A stretch of 64,000 nt of DNA, taken from assembly GCA_002269645.1 (NCBI GenBank), contig NIVC01001197.1, forward strand, positions 62,001 to 126,000, read 5' to 3'. How positions within the stretch are numbered: the stretch's first letter is position 1; each line of letters starts with the position of its first letter. This stretch comes from Macrostomum lignano (taxonomy: Eukaryota). Positions 12,448-23,800 of this stretch are shown here, piece by piece. The notes beneath the pieces were generated by a model. That model saw only the letters and a program-made list of their open reading frames with translations. It ran no database searches and was not told the origin of the DNA. The translations under genes were made by a program, and so were the position numbers.

Positions 12448-14388
12448 ATGGGCAGCACAACCGAGACAGTCGACACAACCAGCTCAGTTACTGAGATGCT
12501 CTCCAGTCCCAGTAGGCAGTACGAGTTCTTGTCGACTTCCACTGCTGCGCCGCAGGCAGCGCAACATGTGATAATCGGTGCGTTAGCAAAACTATTATCT
12601 GTTCTTATTAAAACCAATCACACCGTGATGTTGTACTCGTTTCAGACATCAGTGACAGATACGTGGGCATGACCATCATCATTGCCCTGCCAGTTGCCGC
12701 CTTCATTCTTCTACTGGGTGTCATTCTGCAAATTGTCTTGGTTGCTGTTGCCCTGCGCAGGGTGAGTTCTGAGACGAGGAGAGGGGCTTTAGCACCAGGG
12801 GCTTTAGCACCAGGGGCTTTAGCACCAGGGCTTTAGCACCAGGGGCTTTAGCACCAGGGGCTTTAGCACCAGGGGCTTTAGCACCAGGGGCTTTAGCACC
12901 AGGGGCTTTAGCACCAGGGGCTTTAGCACCAGGGGCTTTAGCACCAGGGGCTTTAGCACCAGGGGCTTTAGCACCAGGGGCGCCAGCACCAGGGGCGCCA
13001 GCACCAGGGGCGCCAGCACCAGGGGCGCCAGTACTAGGGGCGCCAGCATTTGAGCACTGTCATTTGAACACTGTCAACAAATTTCAGCCTGGTGTCAGAC
13101 TACGAGTAGCAAATGGTAAATGAGAACTCAGCTCTCATATCATATCTTTGTACCAACAAAAACGTCCCACGGAGCTCTTGAAACTGTAACTTGGCTTACA
13201 AAGAAATTTCCTTGAAGCTGTTAAGCATCATAGAAATTCGCTCTACACCTTTTTAGCAGTGTAGAAGTTCTAGTGCTGAAACAAATAAACACGGATCTGG
13301 GTTGTAAAGTTAAGATAAGAATCCGTTTTCCATTCAACACGCAGATCAACAGCATTGCAAGGTTGCTGTTGAAGCGGCCCGATCAGAGCTCGAGTTCAGA
13401 CTGGCTCACCAAGGAACCCGAAGCCCATTTCCAGGTCACCGGTGACGTAAGCTGGATTGCGAGCTCAATTTGCTTCAGTTTAATAATAATTATAGTATTT
13501 ATTGAGAAAAAATCAAGAAAATCTCAAGACCCTGTTTGAATTTTCTATATTTTCAGCTATGGCAAAAGGGGAAATTCAAATTGAGCACTTTACTACCACC
13601 TGAGACGCTCCCTATGAGCTCTAGACCAGCTGTTGAATTCCCTCTATGAGCACTTGAACACGTGAGAACTTGAACACGTGAGAAATCCCCTATGAGCACT
13701 TGAACACGTGAGAAATCCTCTCTGAGCATTTTAACACCTGAGAAGTTCTCTCTTAGCATCTGAAAATCTGGATCATAAATTTCATTCGAGCACATAAACT
13801 AGAGTACATGTATCAGGTCATTCAGGTGATGAACTCAACATCTGCCTTCAGACTGAACGCAAAAACATGTAAATATTTGCCAACGTTCCCTAGGCTGCAG
13901 CAACTCCGCTTCCAAGACGCCCCGAGGATCATCATACTGAGGTAGGAACTGGTATCAGTAAATTAAAACAAATGGAAATTTGTGAGTAGTTTGTTTAACA
14001 GCAAACAACTTTTACTGTTTCGTGAAAAGGCCTCTACTGTCGCCAAGAAGCCAGGTGAAAGGTCACGAATTTCGTTTTTTACTGATGGAAAGTCATCTGA
14101 TTATCTTGAGGTTGGTTCCCAACTTGTTTGTAACCCGGTATTGACCAGTTTACGATGCAAAAGTTGATGAAATTTTGTAACCGTTGACCAACCCACAGGA
14201 ACCTAAGAGATCAGTACGAGTCTCTTGTGCGGTAATTTGTCCAAAAATATTTTCCCTGGATTTCGATACTAATTGGTATCTTACTGAGGTGTTCAAATTA
14301 ATTCTCACCTTTCATGTTTCTTTAATTATTTCAGGCTTATGAAGACACAGTATACACTATGGCCGATGTCAACGAAATAACACATTAA
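12448..14388 (+). CDS. Small single-pass TM protein without signal peptide (about 115 aa; S/T-rich N-terminus, TM, Tyr-containing tail)
   Basis: Exons 12448-12577, 12646-12761, 13894-13941 and 14335-14388 join in frame with canonical splice sites: MGSTTETVDTTSSVTEM...II|DISDRYVGMTIIIALPVAAFILLLGVILQIVLVAVALRR|AAATPLPRRPEDHHTE|AYEDTVYTMADVNEITH*. The start codon is uncertain and an upstream exon is possible. Confidence 0.65.
12783..13049. repeat. 15-bp minisatellite (GGGGCTTTAGCACCA / GGGGCGCCAGCACCA) in an intron of the small TM gene
   Basis: About 18 directly visible tandem units; CTTT-type first, then CGCC-type. Confidence 0.95.
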
Positions 14389-14885
14389 ATACAGTCTATG
14401 CTAAAAAATGCAAGTTGGACTCAGAAGCAGTCTAAGCTTTATTGAATCAGCGAAAATGCTTACTTTGCTTGGCCACTGCTTCCTCGATTCGAAAGTTTGT
14501 CTTGTTATTCAATAAATTATTAATACGAACTATAAATCCGCGATTGACAGAACACAGTTGCTGCACAAATACTGATTCGAGTTTAATCGGTTTAACAAAT
14601 ATTTTCCGTCCGTTTCAAAGTTTCGTTCGTTCTGCATCTGTTATTATTGTTTTGTTGCTTTTGAATTTGTGGTTTTTTGCTTGTTGCTTTTACAATTTTT
14701 TAGATTCTTAACTTTTAGAAATGTCTAAGCAATGAAGATAACAGATGTTTAAGCAGGTGTAAGTGCATCCGACACTTTCTGGTGCCTTTTGAGAGGCCAC
14801 GAGTTCATTTTAATGTAACTAGCGCTATTTCGACTAGAGTTAAGCCCTTTTATTTGGAGAGGGCGCCACTTTAATTTAATGGGTT

Positions 14886-16456
14886 ACAGCAACAGGGGCT
14901 TTAGCACCAGGGGTTTTAGCACCAGGGGTTTTAGCACCAGGGGCTTTAGCACCAGGGGCGCCAGCACCAGGGGTTTTAGCACCAGGGGCGCCAGCACCAG
15001 GGGCGCCAGCACCAGGGGCGCCAGCACTAGGGGCGCCAGCACCAGGGGCGCCAGCACCAGGGGCGCCAGCACCAGGGGCGCCAGCACCAGGGGCGCCAGC
15101 ACCAGGGGCGCCAGCACCAGGGGCGCCAGCACCAGGGGCGCCAGCACCAGGGGCGCCAGCACCAGGGGCGCCAGCACCAGGGGCGCCAGCACCAGGGGCG
15201 CCAGCACCAGGGGCGCCAGCACCAGGGGCGCCAGCACCAGGGGCGCCAGCACCAGGGGTTTTAGCACCAGGGGTTTTAGCACCAGGGGCGCCAGCACCAG
15301 GGGCGCCAGCACCAGGGGCGCCAGCAACAGGGGCTTTAGCACCAGGGGTTTTAGCACCAGGGGCTTTAGCACCAGGGGCGCCAGCACCAGGGGTTTTAGC
15401 ACCAGGGGCGCCAGCACCAGGGGCACCAGCACCAGGGGCGCCAGCACCAGGGGCGCCAGCACCAGGGGCGCCAGCACCAGGGGCGCCAGCACCAGGGGTT
15501 TTAGCACCAGGGGTTTTAGCACCAGGGGCGCCAGCACCAGGGGCGCCAGCACCAGGGGCGCCAGCACCAGGGGCGCCAGCACCAGGGGCGCCAGCACCAG
15601 GGGTTTTAGCACCAGGGGTTTTAGCACCAGGGGCGCCAGCACCAGGGGCGCCAGCACCAGGGTCGCCAGCACCAGGGGCGCCAGCACTAGGGGCGCCAGC
15701 ACCAGGGCGCCAGCACCAGGGGCGCCAGCACCAGGGGCGCCAGCACCAGGGGCGCCAGCACCAGGGGCGCCAGCACCAGGGGCGCCAGCACCAGGGGCGC
15801 CAGCACCAGGGGCGCCAGCACCAGGGGCGCCAGCACCAGGGGCGCCAGCACCAGGGGCGCCAGCACCAGGGGCGCCAGCACCAGGGGCGCCAGCACCAGG
15901 GGCACCAGCACCAGGGGCGCCAGCACCAGGGGTTTTAGCACCAGGGGTTTTAGCACCAGGGGCGCCAGCACCAGGGGCGCCAGCACCAGGGGCGCCAGCA
16001 CCAGGGGCGCCAGCACCAGGGGCGCCAGCACCAGGGGCGCCAGCACCAGGGGCGCCAGCACCAGGGGCGCCAGCACCAGGGGCACCAGCACCAGGGGCGC
16101 CAGCACCAGGGGCGCCAGCACCAGGGGCGCCAGCACCAGGGGCGCCAGCACCAGGGGTTTTAGCACCAGGGGTTTTAGCACCAGGGGCGCCAGCACCAGG
16201 GGCGCCAGCACCAGGGGCGCCAGCACCAGGGGCGCCAGCACCAGGGGCGCCAGCACCAGGGGCGCCAGCACCAGGGGCGCCAGCACCAGGGGCGCCAGCA
16301 CCAGGGGCGCCAGCACCAGGGGCGCCAGCACCAGGGGCGCCAGCACCAGGGGCGCCAGCACCAGGGGCGCCAGCACCAGGGGCGCCAGCACCAGGGGCGC
16401 CAGCACCAGGGGCGCCAGCACCAGGGGCGCCCGCACCAGGGCGCCAGCACCAGGGG
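14886..16456. repeat. Large 15-bp minisatellite (about 105 units), same family
   Basis: AGCACCAGGGG followed by CGCC, TTTT or CTTT. One 14-bp unit near 15705 shifts the phase. Confidence 0.97.
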
Positions 16457-17044
16457 CTATAGTGTAATGCGAGCAAAATTTGTTAGACAATTTGCTTGTA
16501 TTCTCCTAATATTCCGACTCTGTGACAGTGACGTGTGACCGTATATAGTTCTATCACGAATATAAAAAAATGCTCAATACTACTGTCGATGGAGCACTGC
16601 CAGTGTGAGGCACGGGGAAAATCAAGTTAATTGTCCACCGGGTTGTTATAATTTTTCTTCTAGAACTTAGTAGGATCGCAAAAGCAAAGTAACAAAACAC
16701 TCTTCCGAGCAAAAGGAAGTAAAATAGAGCATCCCAATAATTCTGTTTGAACGCTGCTCCGGAAACCCAAACAGCCCTTCGATTTATCAGATAGCGCAGC
16801 GCACTATCACAGCACAGTTTAAACAGATGCATTTAACAGAAAAGGATTCAATGCGTCTGATAATTAATTCAAATTACGTAAATGCATGAGCTTAAAATAC
16901 TGTGTTGTTTGACATTGTCATACTTACTAAAGTTGAATTAGTTTCCGGCAAAAACTTCAACCTGGCTATATTGATTGTACTGCCAAGTGCGTCGATCATT
17001 TTGATTCTGAGAATCTGGTTGATTCTGATTAGTTAATTACATAT

Positions 17045-17099
17045 TTTTATTGTATTTATTTATTTATTTATTTAGTTAGTTAGTTAGTTATTTAATTAA

Positions 17100-17162
<63 letters not shown>

Positions 17163-17280
17163 GTTTGTTTGTTTGTTTGTTTGTTTGTTAGTTAGTTAGT
17201 TAGTTTGTTTGTTTGTCAGTAAGACAGTTAGTCGTTTAGTTCTTTAGGTCGTTAGGTCGTTCGTTCGTTAGTTAGCTGTC
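17045..17280. repeat. Compound microsatellite (TTTA)n(TTAG)n(TTTG)n
   Basis: Directly visible tetranucleotide runs. Confidence 0.95.
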
Positions 17281-17878
17281 CTGTATTTCTTATGTTTGTG
17301 CTCTCAATGCGGCAAGGAGTCTGTTTAGGGTTACGGATTTAGCTTAAAAACATATTGTCCGAGTTCATAAAGTTTAGCTTTGCAATATGGTCACATTTTT
17401 ATGGAGCAATAGCTTCGAGTTGTTATGTATCTTGTATACCATACCTTTGTCGCTTCATAAGAAAGTCTGTTTGCGTGTTCCAAATCTACAATATTACAAT
17501 AGAATAGAGACCCACTATAGTGAACCAATTCCCTGAAACCCGGTCTAGCCCTGTCAACTCTCTCTGCGCCCCATTTGAAGACTCTTCATTTAATTGTTGC
17601 GCAAAACATAAAATACGAGAATGTGTTTAAGGTTTGTATCCGTATTTAAAACAAGATTTTATATTTATTGTTGTATAAAGCTGTCATTGTTGATAAAAAA
17701 TATCTCAAAAGCAACTGCAACAGAAATTTCGTGCGATTTCTAAAGCTCAAGAGAGTTCTGAAACATTTTAACATGGCCTACCAGGAACACAGTAAGTTAC
17801 GAGTACTCGTAAATATTCGGATTGAAATAGCAAACTTGGTTATAATTTATCCATGTTTATGTATTTTTTGTCACAGAA

Positions 17879-20800
17879 ATGATACTTTGGCAGCTTGGCT
17901 TCGTTGCTTGTGCCTTGTTGATCTTTCTGCCTAAGTGCGGCTGTCAAACTGCATGTAGGTTACTCATGATTTTGCTGATAGCTCGTATCTTGCATTTTAT
18001 AACAAACATTTTTTCCAGTTTAACTTCTGCATTTTCATCACCGTAGTTAATCTACTTTAGCTCTTGAAATTTGCCTCAAAGTTACTCAAGTTAAGCATCA
18101 CGACCAGCTACTATATGATACTCCATCGATATCAGTAAGCCATTAGTCCTTCACTAACTAGACCAACCATCTCCAACCAGACTGCAGCGGCGGGCTCCAG
18201 CGGCTGTCAGCTGAAGCAGGTGGCGAAATCGCCAGCCACAGCGGAGTCGGCACAACAAACTACAGCAGCAACTCGCAGTGCTACTGGCAGCTCGATGCGC
18301 CGCCTGGCAAAAGAGTCATAGTCCGGTTTACCTACATGGATCTCGAGTCGCCAAACGACAGAGTGACTCTGTACGACGGCCTGACAACGTCATCCGAAAT
18401 TGCAGTCGTTAGCGCGAATGACTCAGTTGGCTACGAGTCGCCGAAGTTCGTTTCGTCTGCAAATATTCTGACAGTGAATTTTTATTCGAATGGCCAATGC
18501 ACCAGAAAAGGATTTCGTTTAGAGTACAATGCCACCGTATCAGGTAAGTTTCCCTGTGTTATCGGATTGTGAATCACTGAATCATAATCAGTGGCGTAGG
18601 GAGGGGGGGGGATCAGGGGGGATGTATCCCCCCCCGAAGAGCCTGACCAAAACTTTTTTGTTGCACTTTTTCGCTATACATGCTACCATGTGAGCACTTT
18701 TACCTTGGTGTATCCCCCCGTAGGAAATTCCTGGCTACGCCCCTGATCATAATATCATATAGGTGCGATTAGAAGGGTAAATCAATGATGCTTTCGATTT
18801 TATTTTTGTTAACCTTTGAATGACTGGAAGACATCTTCCTTAATCTAAATTTCTCAGCTAACAGCAGCGCGTGCGGACCAGTCACGTTTGATGACGCTTC
18901 CAACTCTTCCGGAATGATTGTCAGCCACCCCGGCTACGACCAACACAGTTTATACGCCGCAAGCATGTCCTGCAGCTGGACCTTGCCATCGGTGTCCGGA
19001 AAGTTTTACCAGCTCTTCGTTGGCAACGTGTCTCTCGGAAATGGAGATTGTCTGTCTGTAAATCAAGGCACAGCGTCAGTGACAGGTGGCAGTTCGAATG
19101 TGAATTTGTGCGGCTGGAAAGCTGTCACTGACATGACACTTCAGGTGGATGGCAACTTCATCATCAGGTTTAGTTCCAATGAAGCTTATGAGTCCACGGG
19201 CTTTCAAATCAAGTTCGAATTAGTAAACTGTGAGTTCTATCATGAGATTCGATTATTACTCAGCTATGCATCAGGTTTTGTGAACTCGAATTCGCTGTGA
19301 GATGTGAGTTTATAACCAGTAAAATAATAATGTGAGGTAATTCTTTTAAGTATTGCCAGCCATGCAGAATTCACAGTTAAGAACTCGAAAATTGCATCAT
19401 ACGCCCTCTGTGTAGCAACATAGGATAAAAGAGGAATATGCAGTACTCGTAACGCTGTGGGATGGTCTGTATTATTCAAACATTTATGAAAGTTCATCAT
19501 AATCCGTAATTGAAGTACTTTTGATTATAAATTGTATTTGTATTGCTTCATTGAATAGAAATTTATGCAAATTTCAGACTGCCCAGACAACCGCAACTTG
19601 ACTAATAGCACAGGTGAAGTAGTTAGTCACAATGGCGTCGGAGAATACTATTATTGGAACAATGCACAGTGCGTCTGGTACATTACGGCACCGCCTGGTC
19701 AGCAGGTTTGGTTCTGGTTTTCCTATTTTAATTTAGGGTACAATGACTACGTCAGCGCTCAAAACATAGGAGTGTCTTCGACCACGATTGCAACGCTCCG
19801 TGGGGGCTATTCGCCTTCGCCGTCAGGGTTTCAATCCACAGCAAGTGTTGTAAGCGTAACATTTACTACAAGCAGCATGTACTCAGGTCTCGGCTTTCGA
19901 CTTCATTATAACTTTACCCAGTTATGTAAGTTTAAAGTTTTGAAAACAATTTTCTTAATATTTTTGCAACTAATTATTAACAACTGAGGCAGAAAGACGC
20001 TATGACCGCAAACTTAAAAATAATCGAGACGGCAAATTTTAATTTTTATCGAACGAAAATCACAAACGTCTCGTCTTCCCGGTTTTCTAGTTGCAAACAG
20101 AGCAAGAATATGTTCTTTGAATAAGAGCAAATTATGAACTTTGAAACAATAAACCAGGGACTACTTAATACTCCTTGCAATTAACCTCTGAAAATTAGAA
20201 TACTTCTTTAAAAGAGATTCAGAGCTTTCCGTCTCGCTAACGGATTTTAAGTCGAAATTGGCAGAGTTTTGAAGTATAATATATTTCTACCTTAGTTGCA
20301 TTATTCATTTTATTAGTTGTTTATTTATCCATGTACCAAATACAGTCCCCGTTGGAAGTTTTCATATATTTAAACATATTTTTTTCAGATTGTTACGGTT
20401 TTGAAAACGTGACAGCAACAAAAACGGGAGGTCAAATAAGGAGTCACTACGGTGTTGGTTCAAAACAATATTTAAACAACATGAGCTGCTACTGGTACAT
20501 AAGGGTTCCTGTCGGACAGAGAATCGCTTTTCGTTTTACTTACTTTAATACACAGACAAATGATAGAGTGACAGTGTTTGATGGCTCCAACGCTTCAGCT
20601 GTTCTGTTCAGTACTTCCGGCAGTAATTTTAAAGGTGTTATTGTATCCTCAGCAAACACAGCCACTGTGCGGTTTAACACGGACAGTGTCAATACAGGAT
20701 ATGGGTTTGCAGTGTGGCTTCAAGAAATTGACAGCGGTAAGCAAAGCCCTAGTTTTTAAATATGACTTAAACAGAGTAGCTAAATATAAGACATAAAAAG

Positions 20801-23800
20801 TTGTATTTTTACTCAAAAATCATTCGTAGTAAACGCTTTAAACAGCCGCATGGTTTTATCCATTGGATACCGATGGCGCACCTAACGATAGAGATATTGC
20901 AAATGGAGGCGCGTCTATTATACTAATTGTTTTTATTCACAGATCTTAAAGGTAGTTGCTATTATAATTATTTGTTGCAAAAATGAGACTATTTAAAAAC
21001 TTACATAAGAATTAACGCTAAATATGCTCACGCAACAACATTAAAAAGTCGCCACCTTTGAGAGTGAGCAGTAAATTTTAGCTCAGTATTGGCAATTGAA
21101 TGACGCAACTTGCGCCACACGAAGTCGAGTTGGGCTGGGTGAGGAGGGGATTAGAAAGAGAGCAGAGATTGGATGAATTGAGGCTTCCGCCCCCGGTTTT
21201 CATTGTTTTTTAAAAGCATTTTTCGATATCAAAATGGTTTGCCAGGTGATTGGTCAAAAGACACTGCTCACTGGGGCAAAGGGTGGCAACTGTTCATTGT
21301 TGCTAAGTATACATGCATGGCGACAAATTTTTTAACGCAAATTCATTAGCCGATTGAGGCAGCCATTAACGTTAATAACAAGGGTTAAAAATATTACCGG
21401 TTATTAACAGACTCTTGCACAGTAATTCCAAACGGTAAAATAAACAACATAGCAACACCAACACACAAGATAAGTCACTTTGCACTAAAGCACCACTTTC
21501 TAATACATTATGCGTACTATAAAAACTAAAATTACTGTCCTCTTTCAGCCGTTAACAACACATGCGGAACGATCAGTTATGCAAATTCATCCAACGTGTC
21601 TGGAGTCATCGAGAGCCACAAAGGCTACAATGCCACCAGCATGTCCGCATACGCGCCCAATTTAGCCTGCCTGTGGACACTGCCCAAGCGACCTGGATTC
21701 TACATCTATCTCTTTATCGAAACCTACTATCTTAGCAACGGGGACTGCCTAAAAATGGTAACGAAGCTTTCCTCAACTGCCAGTGAGTCCGGCAGTGATA
21801 AAGATTTGCAGTATTGCAATACTCATTTCGGCCAAAACGTACACTGGGTGACAACAGGAGACGCGCATATTTCGTTTACAACTGACAATCTTTATGAATC
21901 AATCGGATTCTCTATTCAGTTTTACTACGAGCAAGGTTTGGGGAATTTCTCTAATGCACTACGATTAAAACCCATTAAGAAACTTTACTTTGTTTTCTAA
22001 ATCATACGTTTCATTTTAGCTTGCCCAAGCGTTCAGAAATGGGACTCCGACAACGGTGAAGTGGTTACTCACACCAATGCTGGAACAACGCACTATTTGC
22101 ACTCTATGACATGCAATTGGCAAATTTCTGTGTCGCCAGGCAAACAAGTAATCGCCTGGTTTACTAGTAACAAACTGTCGAGTCACGGGTATTCGTACGA
22201 CAGAGTGACATTATACGATGGTCTCAGTGGTTCAAACACTTTGGTCAGCGGCACTTCTATTCCGACAGAGGTCGGATACCGGTCCATCACAAACAGCATT
22301 AGGGTCCGGTTCACATCAGATGCCACTTGGCATTCCTCAGGCTTTCGAATGCGATACAGCATTGCTGAGAACTGTAAGTTAGAGTTTATTCAGAGGATTA
22401 GAGGACATACACGATAGAAAAAACCTATCATTCTTTCGGTTTCCAGTCTGTGACGGTCGGAAAACTCTTCAAGCCAGCCAAGGCAAGTTTTTCGCCCATG
22501 TGAACTCATCATCCCCTAACTATTTGAGACGTATGATATGCTACTGGACCATTACGGCGCCATTGGGATACAGTGTAGTGGCTCACATTACATCATTCAG
22601 CCTCTACCCCAATGACTATGTCAGCATATCTGAAGGAATTCGAGGCTCACCATACATCGCAAGATACTACGGACGGAGTGAATTTCAGATTGTCAGTTCA
22701 AGAGTTTTCGTTTCACAGTCAAATGCGATGCTTGTATATTTCACGTCGGGTGGAACAGGCTCTGGCTTCGGGGTGAAGTACAACACAACCGAAAAATGTG
22801 AGCAAAGCTTTCAGTTGTAACTAAGTTTTTCGACAAACAAGCACAATCTAATCCCGCCTTAAGTTTTGGCTCATAAACTGAGTTTTGATTAGTTAAAATT
22901 GTAAAACGTGTTGCAATGCCCAATGATAGATTCATGTACATGTCCGCTTGTACCGCTTACACTATTGATGCAGACACGTCACAGTCTTGAAAAGAGTTCG
23001 TTTTTCACCATGAAGCAGCGCTTTGATATTTTTATTGACCTATACTTACCACCAGTCTGTCAAGGCACGGAGCTCCTGACCAACGACACTGGAGAGCTGG
23101 TCAGCCACTCGTCTGCAGGAACTATGGGCTTCTTGATCAGCTCGGACTGCTACTGGGTGATCAGAGTCTCTCCCTCAAAGCGAGTGGTGGCTCGTTTTAC
23201 CTTTTTTAACATTACTTCCCGTTATGATAGCGTCACTTTGTATGACGGAGCCTACCGCTCAACAGTTCTGGCCACCCTATCGAGCAGCTTCTCGGACACC
23301 ACGCGGGATTTCATAACGACAGAAAACGTCTTGACCGTGTATCTGCGTATTCCATATAGCAGCCAATCACTCGGAATCAAGATGAAATACGAAGCTTCAG
23401 ATACCTGTGAGTTTTGTGTACATTTGGATCTGCTAAAATGTGTCTTCGAGAATGTTTAAACGTACTCACGGTCGTACATGTACATGTACAGCCTGCCGCT
23501 CCTCTCCCTGCCGCTTGTTCATTCTGGTCCGTCCCTCATCTTAAAGCTGCAATTCTTGTTGTCCTTTGGTTTTCTTGTTGCTGTTCCCTTTCCGTTTCTC
23601 TCTCGTTTGGGCTCGTCCAATCAGGTCTCTAGCCGCAGAGGCACCTGATTGGCTAGCCTTCCCCCTTCTCTCTCTCTCACCCTTCAACTCAGTGAGTTTT
23701 CCCTCCCACTTCCAGCCACCACATGGCTTAGCCCCACTCAGCCCCTTTCTCATTCCACCTTCTCACCCCACCGGTTGCAGTATTTACGAGCATATACACA

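Noticed and set aside
12783-16456. CRISPR-like array
   Set aside because: The units are contiguous with no unique spacers, the context is eukaryotic, and there are no cas genes.
14879-16490. 527-530 aa ORFs (STRGA, APG, LAPLV repeats) suggesting an elastin- or silk-like protein
   Set aside because: A stop-free 15-bp unit opens several frames on both strands; there is no signal peptide, splice context or unique coding flank.
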